A stretch of DNA of 64,000 bases from Candidatus Poribacteria bacterium (GTDB lineage: Bacteria; Poribacteria; WGA-4E; JAJDTR01). The notes under the pieces are model-generated. The model saw only the letters and a program-made list of their open reading frames with translations. It searched no databases and was not told where the DNA came from. This document shows, in pieces, positions 10,725-19,981 of the stretch (position 1 is the first letter of the stretch; every line of letters starts with the position of its first letter). Position numbers and translations under genes: made by a program. The stretch lies in contig CBDCTK010000002.1 of assembly GCA_965222225.1 (NCBI GenBank), positions 4,000,001 through 4,064,000 of the forward strand. The letters are read 5' to 3'.

Positions 10725-11339
10725 ATGGTCGCTATACAAGAAGAGAATGTTTTACGTGTGATTCATCGAATGGAAGAGGAAGACACCGAGGATCGGCGCA
10801 TACGCAGCCAGCAGGGCAAAGAGAAAAGCCAAGAACCGATGCTAACCCTCCATCCTGACACTGCACGGCTGTGTCACATCATGGTTCAATCCATCTGTGC
10901 CCAGAGATTGGTGGAAATTGGCGGCTCCTACGGTTACTCCACCGTCTGGCTGGCTCATGCCGCGCGTATCACCGGAGGACAGTTCACCTCCTTGGAGGTT
11001 AATCCAAAGTTGATTGAAATCGCCAAGCGGAACGTGGCGGAAGCCGGATTGACGGATAACGTCACGCACATTTCGGGAGATGCGCGCGAGACATTAGTTT
11101 CTGTGGAAGGACCCCTAGACTTCGTGCTGCTAGATTGTTGGGAACCGCTGTATGTGGAGCTTCTCGACCTTATCGCTGCCAAATTGCGTCCCGGCGGGCT
11201 GCTCGTGGCGGACAACGTTATTCCCGGAAGAGAGGGGTCGGACGAGTATATTCAAGCATTGGCGGATCACCCTCTGATGGAAACTGTCAGTGTCCCTATC
11301 GGCAAAGAGATTGAAGTCAGCGTAAAAAGATTAGAATAA
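10725..11339 (+). CDS. Class I SAM-dependent O-methyltransferase (caffeoyl-CoA OMT-like)
   Basis: VEIGGSYGYS, DFVLLDC and LRPGGLLVADNV motifs. Confidence 0.9.
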   Translation: MVAIQEENVLRVIHRMEEEDTEDRRIRSQQGKEKSQEPMLTLHPDTARLCHIMVQSICAQRLVEIGGSYGYSTVWLAHAARITGGQFTSLEVNPKLIEIAKRNVAEAGLTDNVTHISGDARETLVSVEGPLDFVLLDCWEPLYVELLDLIAAKLRPGGLLVADNVIPGREGSDEYIQALADHPLMETVSVPIGKEIEVSVKRLE

Positions 11340-11926
11340 GCTGATTGACGGCTTAAATTATCTAACTCAAGCTCTTGTAGGGTGGGCACTGCCCACCATT
11401 TCTTGTAGGGAGCGATCGACAATCGCCACCCTCATTTCCTACCTTTACACGTGTATAGTCGGGCCTCACCAAATGTCAAAGCCCCAGAGTGGGATCAAGG
11501 GAGCGAATAGCGATCAAGGGAATGGATAATGACCGCGATAGAAAATCCTACTCGTTATTCATTCCCTCGATCGCAATAAGAGGGGAAATCGGCGATTTGA
11601 TGATTCCCGATCGCACCCTACAAACTAAGATAATCTATGTAGGAGCGATCTCCGAATCGCGACTCCGATTGTGTCGCCACGCTTGGACTTTAGTATTTGA
11701 GTCAGGCATTGCGATGGATATTGCGCTCCGCTGGAGCGCAGGCATGACAGGTTGGGTCTCTACAGACATGGAGATTGCTATCGCACTCCCTGTTCAGTCG
11801 TTTGATCTCCTCCGGAGCGAAAGCAGAATAGTATGGGGATTTTGCTGTAGGGAATAACAATCGTTATTCCTTCTAAAAGTCTAAACGGGAATTTCCCATG
11901 ATCCGACCAAGTTCTCGGGCTATTTA

Positions 11927-14041
11927 CTATCTCCCGCGAACGGAAACATCCCGAAAGTCAACGCGGCCCTCGGTGCAAACCAGAGCGACGCTGCCGGTTA
12001 ACAGTGGACGATTTGTATCCGAGTACTCGAAGACGACATTGCCGTCAATGCAGGCAATCAAGTTTGAACCCGCCGCCTCCAAGCGCAGTTCGTAGTCCGT
12101 ATCCCAGTTCCAAGCAAATTCTTTCTCGGCAATTTTCCTCCGTCCGTCAAGTTCCTTAATTAGGCGCAGTTTCCCGTCATCGCAAAGCAGGAGGGCGTAA
12201 TATCGCTTGAGGCCTTGAACACACACCGCGATTCCGGCCTCCTTGGCAAGATGCGGATTGACTAAAGCTGAAAAGGAATAGTTCTCCCACTCGCGAGTTC
12301 CCTGAATAAATAAACCCGTGTCGTGATTTTGCATGATTCGATAGGCCGCTACGTCTGCTCTGCTGGTAATCGCGTTGTCGACAGCGTCGATCCATGCCCG
12401 TTTCCACATCGTGCCACCCGAAGACGGTTTGATTAGCGAAAGTTCCGGCGTGCCCTTCCAAGTCAGGTAATCAAGGTATACCACGCCGGACGCTCCGGCG
12501 TCCGAACTCACCTCGATTCCCACAGCCGCGATCGGGGCGCCATCCGTCGGATCCACCTTCCAGTTGAACAACGCCTCGCCTCCCGGTGAAACCTCGTGCG
12601 TCTCGCCTCGCCGCATGACCAAAGCGTCATCCGCTCCGTAGACCTGAATGTAAAGCGTACACGTCACCGTCTGGCAGTTTTCCTTGTCTGCGGTTAGGCG
12701 CGCTTGAACTGTTTGCCCCGAATAGAGTGTGGGCGACGCCATCAACTGATATCCCGGCATATCAATGGCTTCGGGCGGAATGAAGGTCGGCGTTGCCACG
12801 CGCGCCATTCTGCCGACCGCCAGTTGATTGTATCGGATGGCTAGGCTTCGGGTGCCGCTAACGCTATTGCCAACGACGTTTTCAATCACCGCGGTTCCGT
12901 CGCTTTCCGGGCTTTCCTCAAGCGTGAACCCTTGCACCGACCCCGGAAGTTCAAAGTGGAATCGCGCTCCGTTCTTGGGCGATTCAATCGGCTGATTTGC
13001 CAGCGCCCGTGCTGCCTTACTGATTGTATATGTCTCGCGCACGGCATCCGTGACGGCGCGCCCTCCGTCGGCGGCAGAAATATAAAGCCGGTCCGCAACA
13101 GGGCGGCGCCAATCGGGACCGGCGTCAATTCCAGCCAATCCGTTCTTGATTCCCATAATGCAACCAACGTTTCCAGAATTACAGTCGGTATCCCACCCCG
13201 CCGTGTTCACGATTGTCAGGGCGCGCTGAAAGTCGTCCTCGCTGTAGAGCAGAGCGAGAACAATCAAGGCGTGATTCGGCACCATGTGCACATTCCCGCC
13301 GTACTTGTCATAACCGTAATTGGCTGCGATTCGCTCACGCGTCAGACGCCAGTCGCCGTCCCGCTGATGCCAGTCGCGAAGATCATCAATCAGTCGGTAT
13401 ATAACCGAATTTTTGGGAATGAAACCGATCGCCGTATCCAACAGGTTGTCAATGTTGGATTCCGCGAATGCCTGCGCCTCAATCGTGGCGACGACTTGTG
13501 CGCCGTAAATGGCTTCGCCGTCATGGCTAACGCTCGCGGCTCTGCGCGCAAATTCAACGGCGAGTTCAGGGTTGCCGGGACAAGCCATCCCCCAGGCGTC
13601 GATAAATATCTGCGCGCCAATCTGCTCGGCGACTACTTGACTGTTCAACTCGATTGAGCCGCTTTGAGGTGCGGGCGTGCCTGCCTTGAGGCGCAAAAAG
13701 GCGGTGTGCTCCGTTGAATTGCCCATGCCTCCCCACCAGAGGATAGTCCGCCCTTCAATTATGTAATTGAGCCAAGACTGACCAATCTGTTGCGGTGTGA
13801 GTTCGCTGTTGTCCCCATAATCCGCCAACGCCCGGAAAAAAGTAAAGGTGCCGGAGATGTCGTCGTCCGTGACAATCAGCGGCTTGTTCAGCCGTTCGTG
13901 GACATAGTAGTTGATTTCTCCGAGATCAGCCATGATTTGGTCGTACGTCCAGTTCTCAAAGGGGCGTCCCAGGTAGACGCCGATTATCTTGCCAAGAACG
14001 CCGGCGTATAGGCGCTCCTCATAGTCATTGGGTATCATCAA
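11927..14041 (-). CDS. ADP-ribosylglycohydrolase family protein with C-terminal beta-sandwich extension
   Basis: TDDDISG and GWDTDCN metal-binding motifs. 704 aa. Confidence 0.88.
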   Translation of the reverse strand: MMIPNDYEERLYAGVLGKIIGVYLGRPFENWTYDQIMADLGEINYYVHERLNKPLIVTDDDISGTFTFFRALADYGDNSELTPQQIGQSWLNYIIEGRTILWWGGMGNSTEHTAFLRLKAGTPAPQSGSIELNSQVVAEQIGAQIFIDAWGMACPGNPELAVEFARRAASVSHDGEAIYGAQVVATIEAQAFAESNIDNLLDTAIGFIPKNSVIYRLIDDLRDWHQRDGDWRLTRERIAANYGYDKYGGNVHMVPNHALIVLALLYSEDDFQRALTIVNTAGWDTDCNSGNVGCIMGIKNGLAGIDAGPDWRRPVADRLYISAADGGRAVTDAVRETYTISKAARALANQPIESPKNGARFHFELPGSVQGFTLEESPESDGTAVIENVVGNSVSGTRSLAIRYNQLAVGRMARVATPTFIPPEAIDMPGYQLMASPTLYSGQTVQARLTADKENCQTVTCTLYIQVYGADDALVMRRGETHEVSPGGEALFNWKVDPTDGAPIAAVGIEVSSDAGASGVVYLDYLTWKGTPELSLIKPSSGGTMWKRAWIDAVDNAITSRADVAAYRIMQNHDTGLFIQGTREWENYSFSALVNPHLAKEAGIAVCVQGLKRYYALLLCDDGKLRLIKELDGRRKIAEKEFAWNWDTDYELRLEAAGSNLIACIDGNVVFEYSDTNRPLLTGSVALVCTEGRVDFRDVSVRGR

Positions 14042-14781
14042 AAGTGAATACCTCCCGTATTGTAAAATGTTCAGAACTTGCGCAAATCGCAGAAATGATG
14101 ATATTCCGCGAGAATCTTATATTGCAGGACTCTTCTAGGGAATTGCGAGGAATTTCTATTGCATTCGCTACGGGAACTCTATCGCACGGGATTTGCTATC
14201 GCACTCGCTAATCGCTCCCTTGATCCCTACAATAACGCTCCCTTGCCATCGTCAAGGAAATTCGATAATATAATGGCGAAACTTGACACCGCTCGTCCGT
14301 AGCATGGTGCCTCTTCCCCTGATTTTACCATATATTCCCTTCGGGATTGTACCTTTATACATAGTCCAGGTTAATATCAATAGCTCTGAGCGCCCTGTGA
14401 GAAGAGAACATCAACCGGTTAGACTTGGCAGAACTCTATGAACTGGCTCGTGCCATCATAACGCAATGAAATCGAACGAGCGAATAACGAATGCGATAGA
14501 AATCCCTATTTTCTTGAAAACGCCATTCTTTCTTGCGCAATCCCGTAGCGTGCGATCAAAGGAATGAATAATGACTGCGATAGAGATCCCCTGCGCACCA
14601 GCCTTTGTAAGCCCCAGAGTGGGATCAAGCTAGCGAATAGTGAGTGCGATAGAAATCCTGACAGGTGTATAGCAGGCGACCACAAAAGCATGAAAAAGCC
14701 GCACCAAAAGTGACCGAAATTGCTTTGTCACCTATTGTTCAAACAGGCTCTAAAATTTCTATCGCACTCGCTTGATCGCTA

Positions 14782-14810
14782 TTGACAAACGTTTGGAGAA
14801 GTGCTATGCT
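14782..14810 (+). promoter_or_regulatory. Sigma70 promoter driving a long dapB leader
   Basis: TTGACA-17 nt-TATGCT, with TG upstream of the -10. Confidence 0.7.
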
Positions 14811-14943
14811 AAACGGCGTAGCATTGTCCACATTGGGACAGGAAGGAGGTGATCATTCTGCTAGCCGACTTTAGCGGAATGGTCAAGGGAGGTGCTGACT
14901 CCTAGGAGCCAGCGCATCCCTTAATCATTCCGTTTTTCCAGTC

Positions 14944-15029
14944 AAAGCCCTCCTCTCGATCTCCCTAACCCCTCGTCCCCAATAGTTTGGGGGTTGGGGA
15001 GCAGAGGAGATGGGGAGTAGGGCTTTTTT
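14944..15029 (+). terminator. Long imperfect hairpin with U-tract (attenuator or intrinsic terminator) in the dapB leader
   Basis: AAAGCCCT...AGGGCTTTTTT closing stem with pyrimidine/purine complementary arms. Confidence 0.55.
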
Positions 15030-15108
15030 CGTGAGTCAAGGAACGGTTGAGAACGGTGTGGCAATGTGGCAGATAAATTACGAAGCGAATTGTGGAAAGG
15101 AATGAATC

Positions 15109-15906
15109 ATGATTTCTGTAATTATCGATGGCGCATGCGGACGCATGGGGAAAATGATTACCCAAGGTGTGGTAACACAAAGTGACATGCAATTGGTTGG
15201 CGCCATCGAATACAGCGGGCATCCCCAAATTGGTCAGGATGTGGGTGAGTTTGTCGGTGTAGGAACACTCGGGGTTTCGATTAGTGACAGTCTATCCGAA
15301 ATTCTGGACGAAGCGGACGTGGTCATTGAATTTACCGCGCCCAGTGCATCGATTGAACATCTGCGTAACGTCGTCGATGCCGGTAAAACAATAGTTCTTG
15401 CGACGACGGGATTCACGCAGGCTGAGCTTGCGGAGGTTCACGAACTAGCCGAAAAGATCTCGTGCGTGATGGCTCCCAATATGAGCGTCGGTGTCAACGT
15501 TATGCTCCAAGCCATTCAACTTGTGGCGAAAGCGCTTGGCGATGACTATGACGTTGAGGTCATTGAAGCGCACCATAACCAAAAGGCGGATTCCCCTAGC
15601 GGGACGGCGTTGCGAATCGCCGAAGTGTTGGCGGAATCACTTGATAGAAATCTCGCCGAGGTTGGCGTTTACGGCAGGCACGGTATGGTCGGCGCTCGGT
15701 CGCAGAAAGAGATTGGGATACACGCTATCCGCGGTGGCGATATTTCGGGCGATCACACGGTGCTCTATGCCGGCGCCGGAGAACGGATTGAAATCACGCA
15801 CCGGGCGCACACACGAGAGGCATTCGCCAAAGGCGCCATCCGCGCCGCACGGTGGGTGGTGAATGCGCCGAAGGGGTTGCATGACATTTCGGAAGTTCTG
15901 TTCTAG
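15109..15906 (+). CDS. dapB: 4-hydroxy-tetrahydrodipicolinate reductase
   Basis: GACGRMG, IEFTAP, ATTGF, APNMSVG, EAHHNQKADSPSGTA and RGGDISGDH. Confidence 0.97.
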   Translation: MISVIIDGACGRMGKMITQGVVTQSDMQLVGAIEYSGHPQIGQDVGEFVGVGTLGVSISDSLSEILDEADVVIEFTAPSASIEHLRNVVDAGKTIVLATTGFTQAELAEVHELAEKISCVMAPNMSVGVNVMLQAIQLVAKALGDDYDVEVIEAHHNQKADSPSGTALRIAEVLAESLDRNLAEVGVYGRHGMVGARSQKEIGIHAIRGGDISGDHTVLYAGAGERIEITHRAHTREAFAKGAIRAARWVVNAPKGLHDISEVLF

Positions 15907-15935
15907 GAATATCTTGCCGCAAAACAGGTGATTTG

Positions 15936-17891
15936 ATGAAGCGCCATCGTGCCGATACGTTCCATAGTCCATTTTCTAGAATCCTGTCGATTGTCGCCGG
16001 GATTGCGATTCTTGTCATGTGTGGTTGCGAGACCGGTCGCGAATCGAAATCGGGGCGCTGGAAAGCTGTCCGGCGTGCGGATTGGGATGCACGCTTCTAC
16101 GATGTATTTTTTATCGACAAGAATACCGGATGGGCGGTAGGAAATCACGAGGGGAGTTCTCTCACGGAAGAACTGGAGAGTGTTATCGCGCATACAACCG
16201 ATGGCGGTACGACGTGGATAACTCAAAGCAGCGGTGTTTATGAGCAACCGCTCCGGAAAATACATTTTGTCGATGCTCGGAGGGGCTGGATTGCCGGTGG
16301 TGGCGGGGTTGTTCTCTATACGGAAAACGGTGGAAAAGATTGGGTGAGGCAGAGGACAAATACCTTCAGCGATTTGAATGATATTCAATTCCTGTCACCG
16401 CGGGAAGGCTGGGCGGTCGGCGATTGGGGTACCGTGCTGCATACCCGCGATGGAGGGAAAACCTGGACGAAGCGGGTGTTTGGTTTGGGTGAAAGAGACT
16501 CGTTGTGGGGGGTATATTTTCTCGACGAGCGATACGGCTGGATTGTCACGAAAGCAGGTTTGATATACCATACGCGCGACGGTGGAGGTACCTGGGGGAC
16601 GCAGAAATCGGGCGTAGGTTACGCGTTGTCCCATGTGCATTTCGTTAATCGAACCACGGGCTGGATCGTTGGCGACAGACGGACAATCTTAAAAACCGTA
16701 AACGGCGGGCAAACCTGGAATTATTTGACACAAGGTACAAACAATCGACACAGAACGGTCTACGGGCAACCGCTCCGCATGGAGGGTATACCGTTGCACA
16801 GTTTCCTTCTGTACGACCTCTGTTTTGTCGACGAGAATCACGGATGGATTGTCGGCGACCTGGGCGTGGTATTGCACACAAGCGATGGCGGGACGACGTG
16901 GAAACATCAGAGGGGAGGTCACCGATTCCATGTTGGAGGAGACAATGTTCTGCTCGGGGTGCATTTTGTGGACAATCGGGTTGGCTGGGCGGTCGGCGAA
17001 TCCGGGACGATTTTCAAAACAGCCAACGGCGGCGTGACGTGGCAACTACAGTCCTCGCAAAGCTATCTACTCTACGACCTCCACTTTGTCAACGATAAAG
17101 TTGGATACGCGGTTGGCGATCGCGGCGAGATCTTGTATACAAATAATGGAGGAAAGGATTGGGAGTCGCAGGACAGCCGAACGACCGAGTGTTTTGGCGG
17201 AACACACTTCATCAATGAAAAAGTGGGATGGGCGGTTGCGGAGTTCGGAACGATTCTGCACACGCAAAACGGCGGAAAAACCTGGGAATCGCAGGAGACA
17301 AACACGGCATATTTCCTTTTGGGCGTCTTTTTTGTCGACGAAAGCACGGGATGGGCGATTGGTCAGCGCGGCGCCATTATCCACACAACCGATGGCGGAA
17401 AAACCTGGACTTCGCAGGATAGCGGCGTGCAATACAACCTGTTCGGGGTTCACTTTGTTGACGTCAGATCCGGATGGGTTATCGGTCTTGACGGGACTCT
17501 GTTGCACACAACCGACGGCGGAATGAATTGGGTGCAGCAACAAGACTTCGGTGAATTATGGCTTGACGACATCTTCTTTGCCGATCTTCGCCACGGCTGG
17601 ATAGTCGGGGTTGATGGAACGATTATGCGCACCGGGGATGGCGGTAACACATGGGAGCGGCAGCAAAGCAACACAACGAACTTCTTGGACAACGTGTTTT
17701 TCCTTGACACGAACGAAGGCTGGGTTGTAGGCGGAGAGGGCGTTGTGCTGCACACTACCAATGGAGGTCAGAATTGGCGTCCTCAATGGTGTGAAACTCG
17801 ATACGACTTGAAAGCAATCCATATGACGAGTCCGAAGAAGGGCTGGATTGTCGGTAACCTGGGGATTATCTTGAAATACGTGGTGGAGTAA
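15936..17891 (+). CDS. YCF48-like BNR-repeat beta-propeller lipoprotein
   Basis: Lipobox-like LVMCGC. Many repeats of the form F.D...GW.VG..G.ILHT.DGG.TW. Confidence 0.88.
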   Translation: MKRHRADTFHSPFSRILSIVAGIAILVMCGCETGRESKSGRWKAVRRADWDARFYDVFFIDKNTGWAVGNHEGSSLTEELESVIAHTTDGGTTWITQSSGVYEQPLRKIHFVDARRGWIAGGGGVVLYTENGGKDWVRQRTNTFSDLNDIQFLSPREGWAVGDWGTVLHTRDGGKTWTKRVFGLGERDSLWGVYFLDERYGWIVTKAGLIYHTRDGGGTWGTQKSGVGYALSHVHFVNRTTGWIVGDRRTILKTVNGGQTWNYLTQGTNNRHRTVYGQPLRMEGIPLHSFLLYDLCFVDENHGWIVGDLGVVLHTSDGGTTWKHQRGGHRFHVGGDNVLLGVHFVDNRVGWAVGESGTIFKTANGGVTWQLQSSQSYLLYDLHFVNDKVGYAVGDRGEILYTNNGGKDWESQDSRTTECFGGTHFINEKVGWAVAEFGTILHTQNGGKTWESQETNTAYFLLGVFFVDESTGWAIGQRGAIIHTTDGGKTWTSQDSGVQYNLFGVHFVDVRSGWVIGLDGTLLHTTDGGMNWVQQQDFGELWLDDIFFADLRHGWIVGVDGTIMRTGDGGNTWERQQSNTTNFLDNVFFLDTNEGWVVGGEGVVLHTTNGGQNWRPQWCETRYDLKAIHMTSPKKGWIVGNLGIILKYVVE

Positions 17892-17933
17892 AGCGCTTGC
17901 GTATCCACATTCACACAGTCGCGAGGGGGAAAG

Positions 17934-18878
17934 ATGAAGATTTTAATTAACACGAAGCTTACAGACGATCATCGCCAACAGATTCAATCCGTATCTAATA
18001 CGCTCAGAATCGTCGAGCCTGAAGATGAGGCCGCCCGGCTCGCGGAAATTCGTGATACGGATATTGTGTTCGGCAATTTCAACCGATCGCTTTTCGAGGC
18101 GGCTGAACAACTGAAATGGGTGCAGGTTCTCGGCGCCGGCGTTGACGGACTGCTTTTCCCCGAATTTGTCGAAAGCGATGTCGTTTTGCTAAGCGCGAAA
18201 GGGTTTGTCGGTCCCCATCTCGCCGATCAGACGTGGGCGCTGATTCTCGGTCTGATACGCGGTGTTGGTCGTGCCGTGCGCGAGCGCACCTGGGAAAACC
18301 ACATGTCCATCCGCAACGAAACGTGGGAGCTGGCTGATTGCACCCTCGGAATTGTGGGACTCGGCGGCACCGGCATTGAGGTGGCTAAACGGGCGCAGGG
18401 ATTTGACATGCGCGTGATTGCGGTTGACCCGGAGGATGTAGACGCCCCCTCATTCGTCCACGAGGTCTGGGAGATGAGCCGGTTCTACGATTTGCTTGCC
18501 GAATCGGATATCGTTTCGATTTGCGCTCCGCTGACGGATGAAACCCACGGCATGTTCGACGACGAAGCCTTCCGGCGGATGAAACCGAGCGCGCTGCTCA
18601 TTAACGTCACGCGTGGAAAAATCGTTGATGAGCCTTCTCTGCTCCGCGCACTGGAGGATGGTTTGATTGGCGGCGCCGGGCTGGACGTAACTCCGGAAGA
18701 ACCCCTTCCGCAGGATAGCCCGCTCTGGGATATGCCCAACGTCATTGTCACGCCCCACGTAGCGGGCGGTTCGCCCATTCGACTCGATCGGACGGTCGGG
18801 CTTTTCTGCGACAACCTCGAACGCTTCTTGGTGGGCAAACCCCTCCTAAGCGTGATAGACAAGCGCAAAGGTTACTAA
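17934..18878 (+). CDS. D-isomer-specific 2-hydroxyacid dehydrogenase
   Basis: GIVGLGGTG, INVTRG, GAGLDV.PEEP and TPHVAG. Confidence 0.93.
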   Translation: MKILINTKLTDDHRQQIQSVSNTLRIVEPEDEAARLAEIRDTDIVFGNFNRSLFEAAEQLKWVQVLGAGVDGLLFPEFVESDVVLLSAKGFVGPHLADQTWALILGLIRGVGRAVRERTWENHMSIRNETWELADCTLGIVGLGGTGIEVAKRAQGFDMRVIAVDPEDVDAPSFVHEVWEMSRFYDLLAESDIVSICAPLTDETHGMFDDEAFRRMKPSALLINVTRGKIVDEPSLLRALEDGLIGGAGLDVTPEEPLPQDSPLWDMPNVIVTPHVAGGSPIRLDRTVGLFCDNLERFLVGKPLLSVIDKRKGY

Positions 18879-19035
18879 ATTCGACGCTTACTTTGTAGGG
18901 TGCGCACCGCCCACCAGCCTTTGAAAAGCGCCAGCGCTGCGACAGGTGTATAACGAACAACGACAAAAACACGAACAGTCCCCTTCCCATGTGCCCAAGC
19001 ACTACTTTGCCGCCTGCTATTCAAATTAGGTCATT

Positions 19036-19839
19036 ATGATAAAAGTTGGCATCTACGCCTCATATTTTGGCAAAGACGAACCCAAAGCGTTCCCGGATGT
19101 CGAATCCTTCATCGATCTGGCGTATGAATTGCGGCTGGATGCCATCGACTTCCGCGCCGATGTCGGATTCAGCTCCCGAGATCCCGACTATCTGCTGGAC
19201 ATCAAACTAAAATGCCTGAAGGCAGGGTTGTCCATCGGTTATCTGGCGTCTGGCGGTCATTTCGTGGGAGCTGAGGAGGAATTGCAAGCGAAAGTTGACG
19301 AAACCAAAGCGGATGTCGAAATGGCTGCGTTCTTGGGAGCGCCCATGATTCGGCTCTTCTGCGGCGCCCCGGAGGAGGGCGGCGGTGAAAGTGAAATTGA
19401 ATGCTTCCGAGAAGTGTGCGATTTTGCCGCCGATGCCGGGATTATGGTAGGCTTGCAAAATCATCCGTGCACGGGCGACGACATCTTGCGTATACTGCGA
19501 GATACGCACCGCGAAAACTTTACCTTTATCTTGGATACCGGTCAGTGGGTTGGCTCACCCGGACGGAACCGCGGCGTGGGCGATCCAAACGTGGATATTT
19601 ATCGCTATATGGAACAGACAGCCCCCTACGCATCCTACGTTCGGGCAAAAATCTACAAAATCGACAGCGGTCGCGAGGAATGGCTGGATTACGCCCGCAT
19701 TGTGCAGATTCTGAAATCTGCGGATTTCAACGGCGTGATGTCCATCACGTTTGAAGGGGAGGATGTCAACCGGTGCGATGACAGGGAGACGTTCAGATTG
19801 GCGGCTCGGCACCTGCGCGAATTGATCGCCGAAACGTAA
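19036..19839 (+). CDS. Sugar-phosphate isomerase/epimerase (xylose isomerase-like TIM barrel)
   Basis: LGAPMIRLFCG, GLQNH, LDTGQW and SITFEG. Confidence 0.85.
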   Translation: MIKVGIYASYFGKDEPKAFPDVESFIDLAYELRLDAIDFRADVGFSSRDPDYLLDIKLKCLKAGLSIGYLASGGHFVGAEEELQAKVDETKADVEMAAFLGAPMIRLFCGAPEEGGGESEIECFREVCDFAADAGIMVGLQNHPCTGDDILRILRDTHRENFTFILDTGQWVGSPGRNRGVGDPNVDIYRYMEQTAPYASYVRAKIYKIDSGREEWLDYARIVQILKSADFNGVMSITFEGEDVNRCDDRETFRLAARHLRELIAET

Positions 19840-19981
19840 TTTGACCTGCCCGATTAGGGGGAGATTCTGTAGGATCAAGCGATCGAATAGCGAGCGCGAT
19901 AGACATTCCTGCGATAGAGTTCCCGTAGAAAATCTCACGCCATAGAGATTCCCTCAACCGACCGGATAGGGAGTACGGAGG

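Noticed and set aside
11489-11857. 122-aa ORF in an intergenic region
   Set aside because: It is composed of REP and mini-element repeats and has no protein-like features.
12932-13657. Long antisense ORFs (also 54189-54842, 58153-58827, 59393-60031, 61543-62163)
   Set aside because: They are shadows of well-supported genes on the opposite strand.
14843-14854. 16S rRNA 3'-end fragment on the minus strand
   Set aside because: The match stops after AAGGAGGTGATC. The flanking sequence is not rRNA-like.
14817-15029. Canonical lysine riboswitch upstream of dapB
   Set aside because: Only a GAGGTGC fragment resembles the consensus. I could not find the other conserved helices or motifs by eye, and an Infernal search is needed to settle it.
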